DNA of 64,000 nt from IMG/VR virus record IMGVR_UViG_3300045988_089740; one strand, 5' to 3'. The stretch comes from a virus. Both the position numbers and the translations under genes were made by a program. This document shows, piece after piece, positions 33,578 through 42,620 of the stretch (the stretch's first letter is position 1; the number at the start of each line of letters is the position of its first letter). The notes below the pieces were generated by a model. That model saw only the letters and a program-made list of their open reading frames with translations, was not told where the DNA came from and ran no database searches.

Positions 33578-35320
33578 ATGTCAAAAATTACAGAAGGCTC
33601 ATTTGAATGGTATCGGGCAGTCTTAAATCAAATCATCAGCGGAGATATGTCTGTTTACCAGAATCAGAAAGACTGCCTTGATCTGTTGTTAAACATGAAC
33701 ATTGATTTACCGTTTACGGAGAATCCGGAAGCACAGCAAATGGCAATAAAAGTAAGTAAGTATACTCATAACGTAGCCGCAAGACAAGCTGCACTGACGG
33801 GAAGCGGTAATTTTGATGATATCTACTGGCAGTGTTTGCTGTTGGAAGCACAGAACTATCAGGTTGACAGCGGACTCCTTTACCTTGAAAAGAACCGAAT
33901 CCCGAAAGAACGATTCTACGAACCACGAAGAAATGTGTTCTTACAACATAACATCATAGGGTCACTGCAAGACCTGATGGATGACAAATTAGATATATTT
34001 GCATTAAGCGTACCTCCGGGTTGTGGCAAGAGTACTCTGGAAGATTTCTTTTTATCATTGGTAGGTGGATGGTTCCCGAATGACTTTAACCTGTCTTCAG
34101 CACACAGTAGCATTTTGACACGTTCCCTTTATGATGGCGTTCTGGAAATTATCAATGATCCCGTGGAATACACGTGGCATGAAATATTCCCGAACGTAGA
34201 AATTCAAGGAACAAACGCAAAGGAAACTACAGTCAATCTCGAAAGAAACGGACGATTTAAGACATGGACATTTCGTTCTATTGATGGTTCTTTGACTGGT
34301 GCCACTAGATGCAATAGATTTCTTACTGCCGATGACCTTGTGTCTGGTATTGAAGAAGCTTTGAATAAGAACCGACTTGATACCTTATGGACAAAAGTGG
34401 TAAATGACTTACGTTCCCGTAGACTTGAGGGATGCAAAGAGTTTTATATTGCCACCAGATGGTCAGTACATGACCCTATTGGAAAACTGCAACAACTGTA
34501 TGCCGGAAACCCACGGGCAAGGTTTATTGCAGTGCCAGCACTTGATGAAAATGGAAAGAGCAATTTTCTGTTTACGGTAAATGGATTCTCCGAGAAATAT
34601 TTCAATGATGCTAAGGAATCCATGGATGAAATTTCTTACAACTGTCTTTATCAGCAACAACCGGTAGAACGTGAGGGATTATTATTACCGCCAGATAAAT
34701 TAAAACGATTCTTTTTCAGTAAAGAAGACGTGCCGGATGGATGCGCGGATGAATACATCATCATTCCAGATAAAGATGCAGATGCAATATGGGCGGTATG
34801 CGATACAAAAGATAAAGGAACTGACTTCGAATCATTACCGATTGCATACCAATACGGAGATAAATTTTTCTTTCCTGATGTGGTGTTTGATGACACTACA
34901 GACTATGACATTCTGGATAGAAAGACAGCAGATATTTTGATAAGACATAACCCACATAAGATTCGTTTCGAATCAAATAATGTCGGAAACCGCGTGGCAC
35001 ACAATATTCAGAAAATGATTACTGGAAAGTGCAGAGCTGAAATTGAGACAAAACCAACGTCGGCAAATAAAGAAACAAAGATTCTCGTAAATTCGGACTA
35101 TATAGCAAAACATTTTTATTTTCTGCATCCAAGTCAGTACAAAGCAAAGTCTGATTACGGATTATTTATGGCTAATGTAACTACGTACACTACTAGGGCA
35201 AAAGTACCACATGATGATGGAATCGATTCTTTGGCTATGATGGCTGAGTACACACAAAATCCATTAGGCGGTAAAGCGACAGCAATGCAGAATCCATTAT
35301 GGGGAGGGAGAATGAGATGA
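33578..35320 (+). CDS. Terminase large subunit
   Basis: 580 aa. Walker-A-like PPGCGKS; C-terminal nuclease region with HDDGIDSLAMM. Confidence 0.85.
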   Translation: MSKITEGSFEWYRAVLNQIISGDMSVYQNQKDCLDLLLNMNIDLPFTENPEAQQMAIKVSKYTHNVAARQAALTGSGNFDDIYWQCLLLEAQNYQVDSGLLYLEKNRIPKERFYEPRRNVFLQHNIIGSLQDLMDDKLDIFALSVPPGCGKSTLEDFFLSLVGGWFPNDFNLSSAHSSILTRSLYDGVLEIINDPVEYTWHEIFPNVEIQGTNAKETTVNLERNGRFKTWTFRSIDGSLTGATRCNRFLTADDLVSGIEEALNKNRLDTLWTKVVNDLRSRRLEGCKEFYIATRWSVHDPIGKLQQLYAGNPRARFIAVPALDENGKSNFLFTVNGFSEKYFNDAKESMDEISYNCLYQQQPVEREGLLLPPDKLKRFFFSKEDVPDGCADEYIIIPDKDADAIWAVCDTKDKGTDFESLPIAYQYGDKFFFPDVVFDDTTDYDILDRKTADILIRHNPHKIRFESNNVGNRVAHNIQKMITGKCRAEIETKPTSANKETKILVNSDYIAKHFYFLHPSQYKAKSDYGLFMANVTTYTTRAKVPHDDGIDSLAMMAEYTQNPLGGKATAMQNPLWGGRMR

Positions 35321-35736
35321 ATACACGACAATATCTTGAGCAAGTGCAAGATTCTGATAGAAAAATACAGAATAAAATACAGGAAGAATACCGCTTAAGG
35401 CTTTTGGCAACCAGTATATCTTCTTTTTCAAATGGAGATAAAGTGCAGACTTCCGGCGGAAAAGACCGTGTTGGTGATGCTGTAACCAGAATTGTTGAAT
35501 TGCAGCAGGAAATAGCATCTGATGTCAAGGAACTGGCAGAATTGCAAATGAAAGTTTCCGGAGATATCAATGACATGGAAAACTCCATGTACTCATCCTT
35601 ACTTCATAAGAGATACATAGAATTTAAAAATCTGGTCACGGTCGCAGACGAGATGGGATATTCCGTACAGCATATCCGTTCCTGCCATGGAAAAGCCATT
35701 GAAGCTTTGCGGAAACAAAAGCATTTTGAAAGTTAA
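35317..35736 (+). CDS. sigma-70 region-4-like late regulator (DUF1492/ArpU-RinA-like)
   Basis: C-terminus LLHKRYIEFKNLVTVADEMGYSVQHIRSCHGKAIEALRK is an HTH. Coiled N-terminal half. ATGA overlap with the TerL stop. Confidence 0.55.
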   Translation: MNTRQYLEQVQDSDRKIQNKIQEEYRLRLLATSISSFSNGDKVQTSGGKDRVGDAVTRIVELQQEIASDVKELAELQMKVSGDINDMENSMYSSLLHKRYIEFKNLVTVADEMGYSVQHIRSCHGKAIEALRKQKHFES

Positions 35737-35744
35737 TATGTTTT

Positions 35745-35822
35745 AATATGGAATCATATGTTCTATGTATAATATAATGTAACCTGTAAAACGAGCATCG
35801 GAGAGTAATCCGGTGCTTTTTT
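35745..35822 (+). promoter_or_regulatory. conserved composite element, copy 1 (15-mer, -10 box, leader hairpin with T-run)
   Basis: AATATGGAATCATAT (35745-35759); GGAATC -17 nt- TATAAT (35773-35778); hairpin agcatcgga/tccggtgct (35794-35817) then T6. Confidence 0.6.
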
Positions 35823-35849
35823 AATGCCCAAAAATGGGAGGTGTAGGCA

Positions 35850-37343
35850 GTGGGCAGAAATAAAATGAATTTCATTGACTTATGCCGGGGCGAATTTGGC
35901 CGCAAAATTGCCTATACCGGTGTAAGCCAGATCACAACAGCAAATGTCATAAAAGTTATTTCTAATACAATCGGCATTCATAATAGAAACAGAACTTTGA
36001 TCGATTACTTGTACCGGTACTACAAAGGAGATCAGCCGATCCTTTATAGAGAGAAGTTGGTTCGTCCGGAAATTAATAACCGAGTGTGTGAAAATCATGC
36101 ACTTGAAGTTGTTCGCTTTAAATCATCTCAGACATATGGAGAACCTATTCAGTATGTATGTAAAAAGAGCAGGGCTACAGAACGGGTGAATAAACAGGTC
36201 GATTTATTCAATGATTACTTAAAAGAAGCAAATGCAGAAGCACGTAACATTGAACTTGGAACCTATCAGAGTGCCGTAGGAACTGCATATAAAGCTATTC
36301 TAAAAGAGGATGATTGGACGAGCGACAGTGATATTTCTCCATTCAACATTTTTATACCATATCCTAGCGATTGCTATATTGTTTACTCTCGTAAGAACGG
36401 AAAGCCAATGCTCTCAGTGCAGATTCTTAAGGATGAAAACGAACAGCAGTATTATTTATGCTTTTCAGCAAAACAATATTTCGAGATTCAGAATGGACAG
36501 ATTACAAAAACCGGCATCAATGGTTTTGGTGGCATCCCGGTAGTTGAGTACCCGAATAACCACGATCGTCTTTCTGATATCGAGATTGCGATAACCATGT
36601 TTGACACTATGAACAACATGCAGTCAAACAGGATGGATGGCGTAGAACAGTTCGTGCAAGCCCTTATGAAGTTTAAGAACTGTGAGATTGATGAAAGCGA
36701 ATTTTTGAAAATGATCAAGCTCGGCGCTATCTCTGTAAAGGATACTGGAAATGGTTGCCAGTCAGATGTTGACCTGATGACCGCTGAACTGAATCAAACA
36801 GAAAGCCAAGTTGCAAAAGACGATATCTACAGCAACATGCTTATTGTTGAAGGTATGCCGGACAGGCAGCAACAATCTTCTGGCGATACCGGCCAAGCTG
36901 TATATCTCAGAAATGGATGGGATTTTGCAGAACGTAGAGCAAAACTGGATGAACCATTTATCCGGGAAGCTGAGAAAGCAAGTGCCAGAATCATTCTGAA
37001 TATCATCCGACAGACCACAAAGGATATTTCAATCTCAACAAGAGATTTTGATGTAAAGATAACCAGAAACCCGACAGATAACATGCTTGTCAAAGCACAG
37101 GCTCTTGACTATCTGTTTAAGAATAAAATTCATCCGCTGATTGCACTGATTACTTGCGGATTATTTAGTGATCCACAAAAGGTATATGAAATGAGTTTGC
37201 CTTACTTGGGAACTGTATATCCCGAACTGGCAGACCCGGACGCGGAAATGCAGAAAGCACAACAATTGATTGATAAAAACGGTAAGAATTCGGCTGAAAT
37301 TGATTCAACGGTAAATTCTTCGGCTATCAATCAAAACTCGTAA
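35850..37343 (+). CDS. Portal protein (SPP1 gp6-like)
   Basis: 497 aa following TerL. YRYYKGDQPILYRE motif. GTG start 6 nt after GGGAGGTG. Confidence 0.85.
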   Translation: MGRNKMNFIDLCRGEFGRKIAYTGVSQITTANVIKVISNTIGIHNRNRTLIDYLYRYYKGDQPILYREKLVRPEINNRVCENHALEVVRFKSSQTYGEPIQYVCKKSRATERVNKQVDLFNDYLKEANAEARNIELGTYQSAVGTAYKAILKEDDWTSDSDISPFNIFIPYPSDCYIVYSRKNGKPMLSVQILKDENEQQYYLCFSAKQYFEIQNGQITKTGINGFGGIPVVEYPNNHDRLSDIEIAITMFDTMNNMQSNRMDGVEQFVQALMKFKNCEIDESEFLKMIKLGAISVKDTGNGCQSDVDLMTAELNQTESQVAKDDIYSNMLIVEGMPDRQQQSSGDTGQAVYLRNGWDFAERRAKLDEPFIREAEKASARIILNIIRQTTKDISISTRDFDVKITRNPTDNMLVKAQALDYLFKNKIHPLIALITCGLFSDPQKVYEMSLPYLGTVYPELADPDAEMQKAQQLIDKNGKNSAEIDSTVNSSAINQNS

Positions 37344-37355
37344 ATTCAATTATCA

Positions 37356-37392
37356 AAGGAACCAAGGAATAACATCCAAGGTTCCTTTTTTA
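37356..37392 (+). terminator. intrinsic terminator after the portal gene
   Basis: aaggaacc/ggttcctt stem followed by TTTTTT. Confidence 0.6.
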
Positions 37393-37499
37393 ATACAAAA
37401 AAAATAATGCAACAGCCCGTGAGCGTAAATCGGGTACAGATCATGTGCGGAGCGAACCGTGTGAAAAAAGTGTGATGGTCTGAAAGAAAGGAGATTTCT

Positions 37500-38159
37500 A
37501 TGACAAGAGAACAGGCAAAACAGGTACTTATCGGCTTTGGAATCGAGGAACCGTCTGAAGATCAGGTGACTAAATATCTTGATTCTGTTGAAACAGAGAC
37601 AAAAAAAGTGAAGGAAAAAAACACTTCTCTGAAAGAAAGAGCTGATAAAGCAGATTCCCTTCAAAAGGAACTGGATGATTTGAAAGCCCAGAATATGACG
37701 GATGCCGAAAGGCAGGAAGCAGAGCGACAGAAGGAAAAAGCAGAAAACGAAAAGAGGATTTCCGACCTGGAAAAAGCACTTGCTGAATCTAACAGGAAAG
37801 CACTTTCCAGTGAGATTACGTCTGCTTTCGCTAATGCGGGCCTTTCTACAGAAACGTATGCAAGCGCTATCAAAGCATTTGCGTCTATGCCAGCAGACAA
37901 ATCTGAAGACGTAATGAAGGAAGTCAAAACTTTTGTTGATGGAATTTCCGAAGCAAATAAAGCGGCTCTGGATAACGCAAAATCTGAATGGGAGAAAGCA
38001 GTTCTTAACGATACTCCGAATCCAGGTGGCGGAAATTCAGACAAGGGACAGAAAAAAGATGATAACGATAGTCCAGCAGCTAAGTACGCAAAAGCTTACT
38101 CAGCACGCATGAACCCCAAAACAGAACCGGCAGACGATAACGCACCGGTTAATTTTTAA
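37500..38159 (+). CDS. Scaffolding protein
   Basis: 219 aa, charged coiled coil, sitting between portal and capsid genes. Confidence 0.7.
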   Translation: MTREQAKQVLIGFGIEEPSEDQVTKYLDSVETETKKVKEKNTSLKERADKADSLQKELDDLKAQNMTDAERQEAERQKEKAENEKRISDLEKALAESNRKALSSEITSAFANAGLSTETYASAIKAFASMPADKSEDVMKEVKTFVDGISEANKAALDNAKSEWEKAVLNDTPNPGGGNSDKGQKKDDNDSPAAKYAKAYSARMNPKTEPADDNAPVNF

Positions 38160-38181
38160 GTAAGTAAAGGAGATTTAGATT

Positions 38182-38526
38182 ATGGCTTTTATGAAAACAA
38201 AACAGTATGAGTCAACTCCTAACATTCTCGAATCCGAGGTTGGGCTTGTACTGAAAACTTACACAGCAGACGCAACAAATGCAACGGCAGTAAATGATAA
38301 AAAAATCATCAAAGCAGGTTCCGTGTATCCGACAAATGGGACTGGTGCAAAAGGAATCGTATTTGAAGATGTTGATATGACAGATGATGCTAAAAGACCG
38401 ATTTCCGTGATTGTAGCAGGACGTGTCCTTGAGAAAAGACTACCAGTTACAGTCGACGAAACTGCAAAAACAGAGCTTACCGCGCAGGGAATTGTTTTTG
38501 TAACCACAACAGACCCAGTATTTTAA
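38182..38526 (+). CDS. Head decoration protein (lambda gpD-position)
   Basis: 114 aa immediately upstream of an E-like capsid gene, the same arrangement as lambda D-E. Confidence 0.5.
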   Translation: MAFMKTKQYESTPNILESEVGLVLKTYTADATNATAVNDKKIIKAGSVYPTNGTGAKGIVFEDVDMTDDAKRPISVIVAGRVLEKRLPVTVDETAKTELTAQGIVFVTTTDPVF

Positions 38527-38541
38527 GGAGGTATAGCCAAT

Positions 38542-39576
38542 ATGCCATACAATGTATTAGAAGCTATCACAGCAGAAGAAAGATTGAATTTTGCTCAGAA
38601 TTTTTCTGTGGCAAGACCTGGTATTCTCGATACCATTTTCCCGGATGTAAAGACACCGTTTTGGAAAGCCGAATATTACAGACTTATGGCTGGACAACGA
38701 CTGCCGGAGGTAGCGTTCGTTCATGCACTCGATACTGAAGCAGAGATCGGCTCCAGACCAGGATTTGAGAAAGTTCTGACTGAAAAACTCTTTATCAAGA
38801 GGAAAATCAATCAGTCAGAGCGTCTCCAGGAAGCTATCGAAAATGGTGTTCCGGATGATGAAACTCTTACAAACTTTGTTTTTGACGATGCGACAAACCT
38901 GTTTGAAGGTGTTGTTGGAAGGGCAAACATCATGAAAGGCCAATTCCTTTCAACCGGTATGGTAAAAATTGATGAAAACAATGTGAAAATGAATATCGAT
39001 TATGGCGTACCAAGTAATGCAAAGGTTGATCTTACCGACTGGTCCGCAGCAGACGCAGATATCATGGGCGATATTCAGAAGATGGTAACTGTAGCCGAGG
39101 ATTCTGGATATGTAGTGACAAATGCAGTCACATCTCTGAAGATGATCAACTATATGAGAAACAACACAGCTATGCAGACGGCTGTTCTGGGAGCTGCGAA
39201 TAAACGTCTCCTTACCAGACAGGAGCTTGCAAATCTGCTCATGCAGGAGTACGGAATCACCATTGGTCGTTGCGATGAGAAATTCTGTTACAGAAAAGCA
39301 GACGGAACTCGGTCAACTGGAAGATACTTTAAGGAGGATGTATTTACTCTTTACGAAGCTGATGCAGGCGGTTCTTTCGGTACTGGACTTTGGGGACCAA
39401 CACCGGAAGAGAATGAATACAGACAGTTCATCCAGGAAGAGAACCGTTCTTTCGTTACTCTTTCCATGTGGGCTACACAGGATCCAGTTGCCGTATGGAC
39501 AAAAGCATCCGGTATGTTCATCCCGGTAGCACCGAAAGCCAACGGCGGTATCGTTATCGGTACAAAGGGGGAATAA
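38542..39576 (+). CDS. Major capsid protein (lambda gpE-like)
   Basis: 344 aa; position and size fit. Family assignment is from memory of the E-like N-terminus and overall pattern. Confidence 0.8.
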   Translation: MPYNVLEAITAEERLNFAQNFSVARPGILDTIFPDVKTPFWKAEYYRLMAGQRLPEVAFVHALDTEAEIGSRPGFEKVLTEKLFIKRKINQSERLQEAIENGVPDDETLTNFVFDDATNLFEGVVGRANIMKGQFLSTGMVKIDENNVKMNIDYGVPSNAKVDLTDWSAADADIMGDIQKMVTVAEDSGYVVTNAVTSLKMINYMRNNTAMQTAVLGAANKRLLTRQELANLLMQEYGITIGRCDEKFCYRKADGTRSTGRYFKEDVFTLYEADAGGSFGTGLWGPTPEENEYRQFIQEENRSFVTLSMWATQDPVAVWTKASGMFIPVAPKANGGIVIGTKGE

Positions 39577-39764
39577 GCGGGCATAGCCTTGATGAAAACA
39601 GCCAGTCACCGTCTGTAGCTAGTGTTACACATAAGTATACAGAAAGCGAGCTGTCCAGTATGACAGTGGCTCAACTGAGACAGCTTGCAAGTGACAATGG
39701 TTATGCCCTGACTTCCACAAACAAGGCTGGTATCATATCAGAGATTATAGCACAGCAAGGGTAG
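39570..39764 (+). CDS. putative -1 frameshift extension of the capsid protein carrying a HeH (Rho-N/SAP-like) domain
   Basis: Slippery A_AAG_GGG at 39564-39570, 2 codons before the MCP stop. The -1 frame is open to 39764 and encodes ...ELSSMTVAQLRQLASDNGYALTSTNKAGIISEIIAQQG. There is no SD or start for an independent gene before the ATG at 39660. Confidence 0.45.
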   Translation, partial: GISGHSLDENSQSPSVASVTHKYTESELSSMTVAQLRQLASDNGYALTSTNKAGIISEIIAQQG

Positions 39765-39774
39765 GTGAAATGGC

Positions 39775-40098
39775 ATGGACGAACAGCTTACAAGTGATCT
39801 AGCAATGTATCTGGAAGGTGATGAACAGACTGCAAGGATGATTCCTTTGGCAGTCAAAAGAGCTATTCGGTCATTCCAGAAAAAACGCAATTATCCTGAG
39901 AGTTATACGGAAGAAAACATCAATAAAGATATGGACAAATGCTATGATTGTATTTTCGATTTGGCTCTTTATTTTCTTGTGAAACAGGGAGTTGAGTTTG
40001 AAACATCTCATTCGGAAAATTCTGTAAATGCAGGATGGAACTCCGAAACAGAGATATTTGTCAATCATGGCGTTTTTCCATTTGCCAGAGGAATCTGA
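39775..40098 (+). CDS. Head-tail connector (gp6-like) protein
   Basis: 107 aa directly after the capsid gene. Confidence 0.5.
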   Translation: MDEQLTSDLAMYLEGDEQTARMIPLAVKRAIRSFQKKRNYPESYTEENINKDMDKCYDCIFDLALYFLVKQGVEFETSHSENSVNAGWNSETEIFVNHGVFPFARGI

Positions 40099-40210
40099 CA
40101 AGAAAAGTCGGTTGAGAACGTGGCACATTTCCTCCCGTGTGCCGCAGGGATGTTCTATTATGAGGTGGGAAAGAACATATAGTACAAAATGGGAGTGAAG
40201 GAGAGCAGCG

Positions 40211-40522
40211 ATGGGATGTGAACAGAATTGCTTTAACGAACACCGCTTAGAAGAATTGGAAAAAGTTGTTCACGAAATGAAAGAGAAACATTCTAAACGT
40301 GACGGAATTTTTTTTGAACGTATCAATGCGCTTGAGACCAAAATCGTTCTTTACAACAATAATCTCGGACACATAAAAAAAACGGTAGATGAAATGAATG
40401 ATAATTTAAAATCCCTTATGGAAGCCCCGGCAAAACGCTACGATACGATTGTTGTTTGCGTTATCACAGCAGTAATCGGGGCTATTGTAGGGTTTGCGTT
40501 AAGCGGTATTTTTCCGGTATAA
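40211..40522 (+). CDS. XhlA-like protein (coiled coil plus C-terminal TM)
   Basis: 103 aa. N-terminal coiled coil and C-terminal TM segment TIVVCVITAVIGAIVGFALSGIF. Confidence 0.45.
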   Translation: MGCEQNCFNEHRLEELEKVVHEMKEKHSKRDGIFFERINALETKIVLYNNNLGHIKKTVDEMNDNLKSLMEAPAKRYDTIVVCVITAVIGAIVGFALSGIFPV

Positions 40523-40560
40523 CAAGCAATTCCACTTGTAAGGGAGGATGGTGGAATTAT

Positions 40561-40815
40561 ATGAATTATACAGACTTTTCAGAAGATGAAAGAAAGTTTT
40601 ATCTAAGTGAATCCGGGTTTGATTCCCGAGAAAAAGAGTTTTTCCGGTTGAGAGTTTATGAGGAAAAGACGTTGTTTGAAACAGCAGAGATTATGGGGTA
40701 TAGTCCTAGAACCATTGACCGTATAAACCGAAAAGTAAAAAAGAAGATTGTTAAAGTTGCCCCGATGTACTATCGGGGCTTTTCTTTGTATCATGGCGAA
40801 AACATGGCGAAATAG
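40561..40815 (+). CDS. sigma-70 region-4-like HTH protein
   Basis: SREKEFFRLRVYEEKTLFETAEIMGYSPRTIDRINRKVKKKI. ATG 40561 follows AAGGGAGGA. Confidence 0.55.
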   Translation: MNYTDFSEDERKFYLSESGFDSREKEFFRLRVYEEKTLFETAEIMGYSPRTIDRINRKVKKKIVKVAPMYYRGFSLYHGENMAK

Positions 40816-40891
40816 TGTCGTTTAAATACTTAAGTTTCTCCCCTATAATATAAGTATAGAGAAAAGCTTACAGAGATGGGAGGAACACACT

Positions 40892-41392
40892 ATGGCATTT
40901 TATCCATATTATCCACAACCATTGAACCCATATCCACAAACACCGGTACAACCGTATCAAGATAGATTGGCACAGTTGCAGAACAACTACCAACAGGCAA
41001 TGCCTTATGGACAGACACAAATACAACAACCGGTACAACAGATGCCACAGGTTGCCATGCTTCCGGGACAGATGGTTGATGGTATTGACACTGTAAAAGC
41101 AAAGGATGTGGATATGACCGGGAATCCTGTCTATTATCCAAAAACAGATGGTACAGAAATATATAAAAAGCAACTACAGGCAGACGGAAAAAGCAGAATT
41201 TTTGTTTACCGGATTATTGATCCAGACGAACAGCAGCAACCAAAGCCCGAAGAAAAACCGATTGACATAGAAGCTATGTTTAATCAGCTGCGGAACGATG
41301 TTTGTTCTGAGATTTCTGAAATAAAGAGCATGTTCCCAACGCAGATGCCGGGAACACCGGAACCCAAACAGAATGGAGGGAAACAGAGATGA
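40892..41392 (+). CDS. P/Q/Y-rich low-complexity protein with a small globular C-terminal half
   Basis: MAFYPYYPQPLNPYPQTPVQPYQDRLAQLQNNYQQAMPYGQTQIQQPVQQMPQ... Confidence 0.6.
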   Translation: MAFYPYYPQPLNPYPQTPVQPYQDRLAQLQNNYQQAMPYGQTQIQQPVQQMPQVAMLPGQMVDGIDTVKAKDVDMTGNPVYYPKTDGTEIYKKQLQADGKSRIFVYRIIDPDEQQQPKPEEKPIDIEAMFNQLRNDVCSEISEIKSMFPTQMPGTPEPKQNGGKQR

Positions 41393-41634
41393 GCTTCAAC
41401 CCAAACGCCATGATGAAAATGCAAGTTGAAAGAATGATTTCTCAGAGGTTCGGAAGTGTTGATAACATGATGAACGATATGAGTAAATTTGCAGGAAATA
41501 ATCCAACATTGAAAAATGCTTTGGATTTGTATAAAAAAGGTGACACAAACCAGTTACATCAAATACAGCAAAATGTATTTAATGAAAAACACTTATCACC
41601 AGACGGAATTATCCAGAAATTCCTTGGATTATAA
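41389..41634 (+). CDS. hypothetical protein (Met/Asn-rich)
   Basis: 81-aa ORF with ATGA overlap. Confidence 0.55.
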   Translation: MSFNPNAMMKMQVERMISQRFGSVDNMMNDMSKFAGNNPTLKNALDLYKKGDTNQLHQIQQNVFNEKHLSPDGIIQKFLGL

Positions 41635-41730
41635 CACTTCCCCATGATTGGGTGATTTAAAATCGCTACAATTTGGGATGACAGCCGCGGATGTCTCCTA
41701 TTGTAAATAATATTTAAGGAGACTAAAAAC

Positions 41731-42543
41731 ATGATGAATGGTTCTAATTACAGTCTTAGCGACATTGCAGCTGCTACAGGCTCTAATAACCGTGCCAATG
41801 ACATGTGGGGCGGCGATGGTTTTTCACTTATTTGGCTCGTGCTGATCTTCGCAATCTTCGGATGGGGAGGTTTCGGCGGCTGGGGCGGTGGCTTCGGCGG
41901 TAATGGTGGAAATGGTGCAAACGGTGCCGGTTTCCAAGGATGGGCTACACGTGCCGATATCAATGAGAGCTTTGCTCTTAACGATATCCAGAACGGTATC
42001 AGAGGTATTCAGCAGGGTATCTGCGACAGCACATATGCGCTCAACAATACCATGCAGAGCGGTTTCAACGGCATGAACGTTGGAATGCTTCAGGGCTTCA
42101 ATGGCGTTCAGCAGGCAATCAATGCTGATACTGTAGCCGGTATGCAGAATACCAATGCATTACAGTCTCAGTTAGCAAACTGCTGTTGTGAAACCAGGGA
42201 AGCTATCCAGGGCATCAACTACAACCTGGCTACCAACACTTGTGCTCTTCAGAACACAATGAACAACAACACCAGAGATCTTCTGGAAAATCAGAACAGC
42301 AACACGAGAGCAATCCTTGATTTCCTGACAAATGATAAGATTGCAACATTACAGGCAGAGAACTCTGACCTGAAACGTGCTGCATCTCAGGATCGCCAGA
42401 GTGCACTGCTTACAACTGCAATGGCTTCTCAGACACAGCAGCTCATTAATGCAATCAATCCGGCAGCTATCCCGGCATACGTTGTTCCGAATCCAAACAC
42501 CTACTACGGTGGATGCAACGGATACAGCAACGGTTGCTGCTAA
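41731..42543 (+). CDS. Gly-rich membrane-anchored Q/N-rich protein with Cys-rich C-terminus
   Basis: TM segment FSLIWLVLIFAIFGW, then GGFGGWGGGFGGNGGNGANGAG, a long Q/N-rich helical region containing CCC, and a C-terminal GGCNGYSNGCC. Confidence 0.65.
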   Translation: MMNGSNYSLSDIAAATGSNNRANDMWGGDGFSLIWLVLIFAIFGWGGFGGWGGGFGGNGGNGANGAGFQGWATRADINESFALNDIQNGIRGIQQGICDSTYALNNTMQSGFNGMNVGMLQGFNGVQQAINADTVAGMQNTNALQSQLANCCCETREAIQGINYNLATNTCALQNTMNNNTRDLLENQNSNTRAILDFLTNDKIATLQAENSDLKRAASQDRQSALLTTAMASQTQQLINAINPAAIPAYVVPNPNTYYGGCNGYSNGCC

Positions 42544-42620
42544 GTAACTCACCCTTAGAGGTTGACTAATTCTAAGAGGTGGGTTGTGGCTCACCTCTTA
42601 TTTGATTGAGAGGTAGAAGT

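Noticed and set aside
39468-39764. 98-aa ORF called from the ATG at 39468 as an independent gene
   Set aside because: Its first 36 codons overlap the capsid gene and read as junk (RRYRYRYKGG), with no SD. Only the part after the capsid stop looks genuine, hence the frameshift-extension or short-ORF interpretation.
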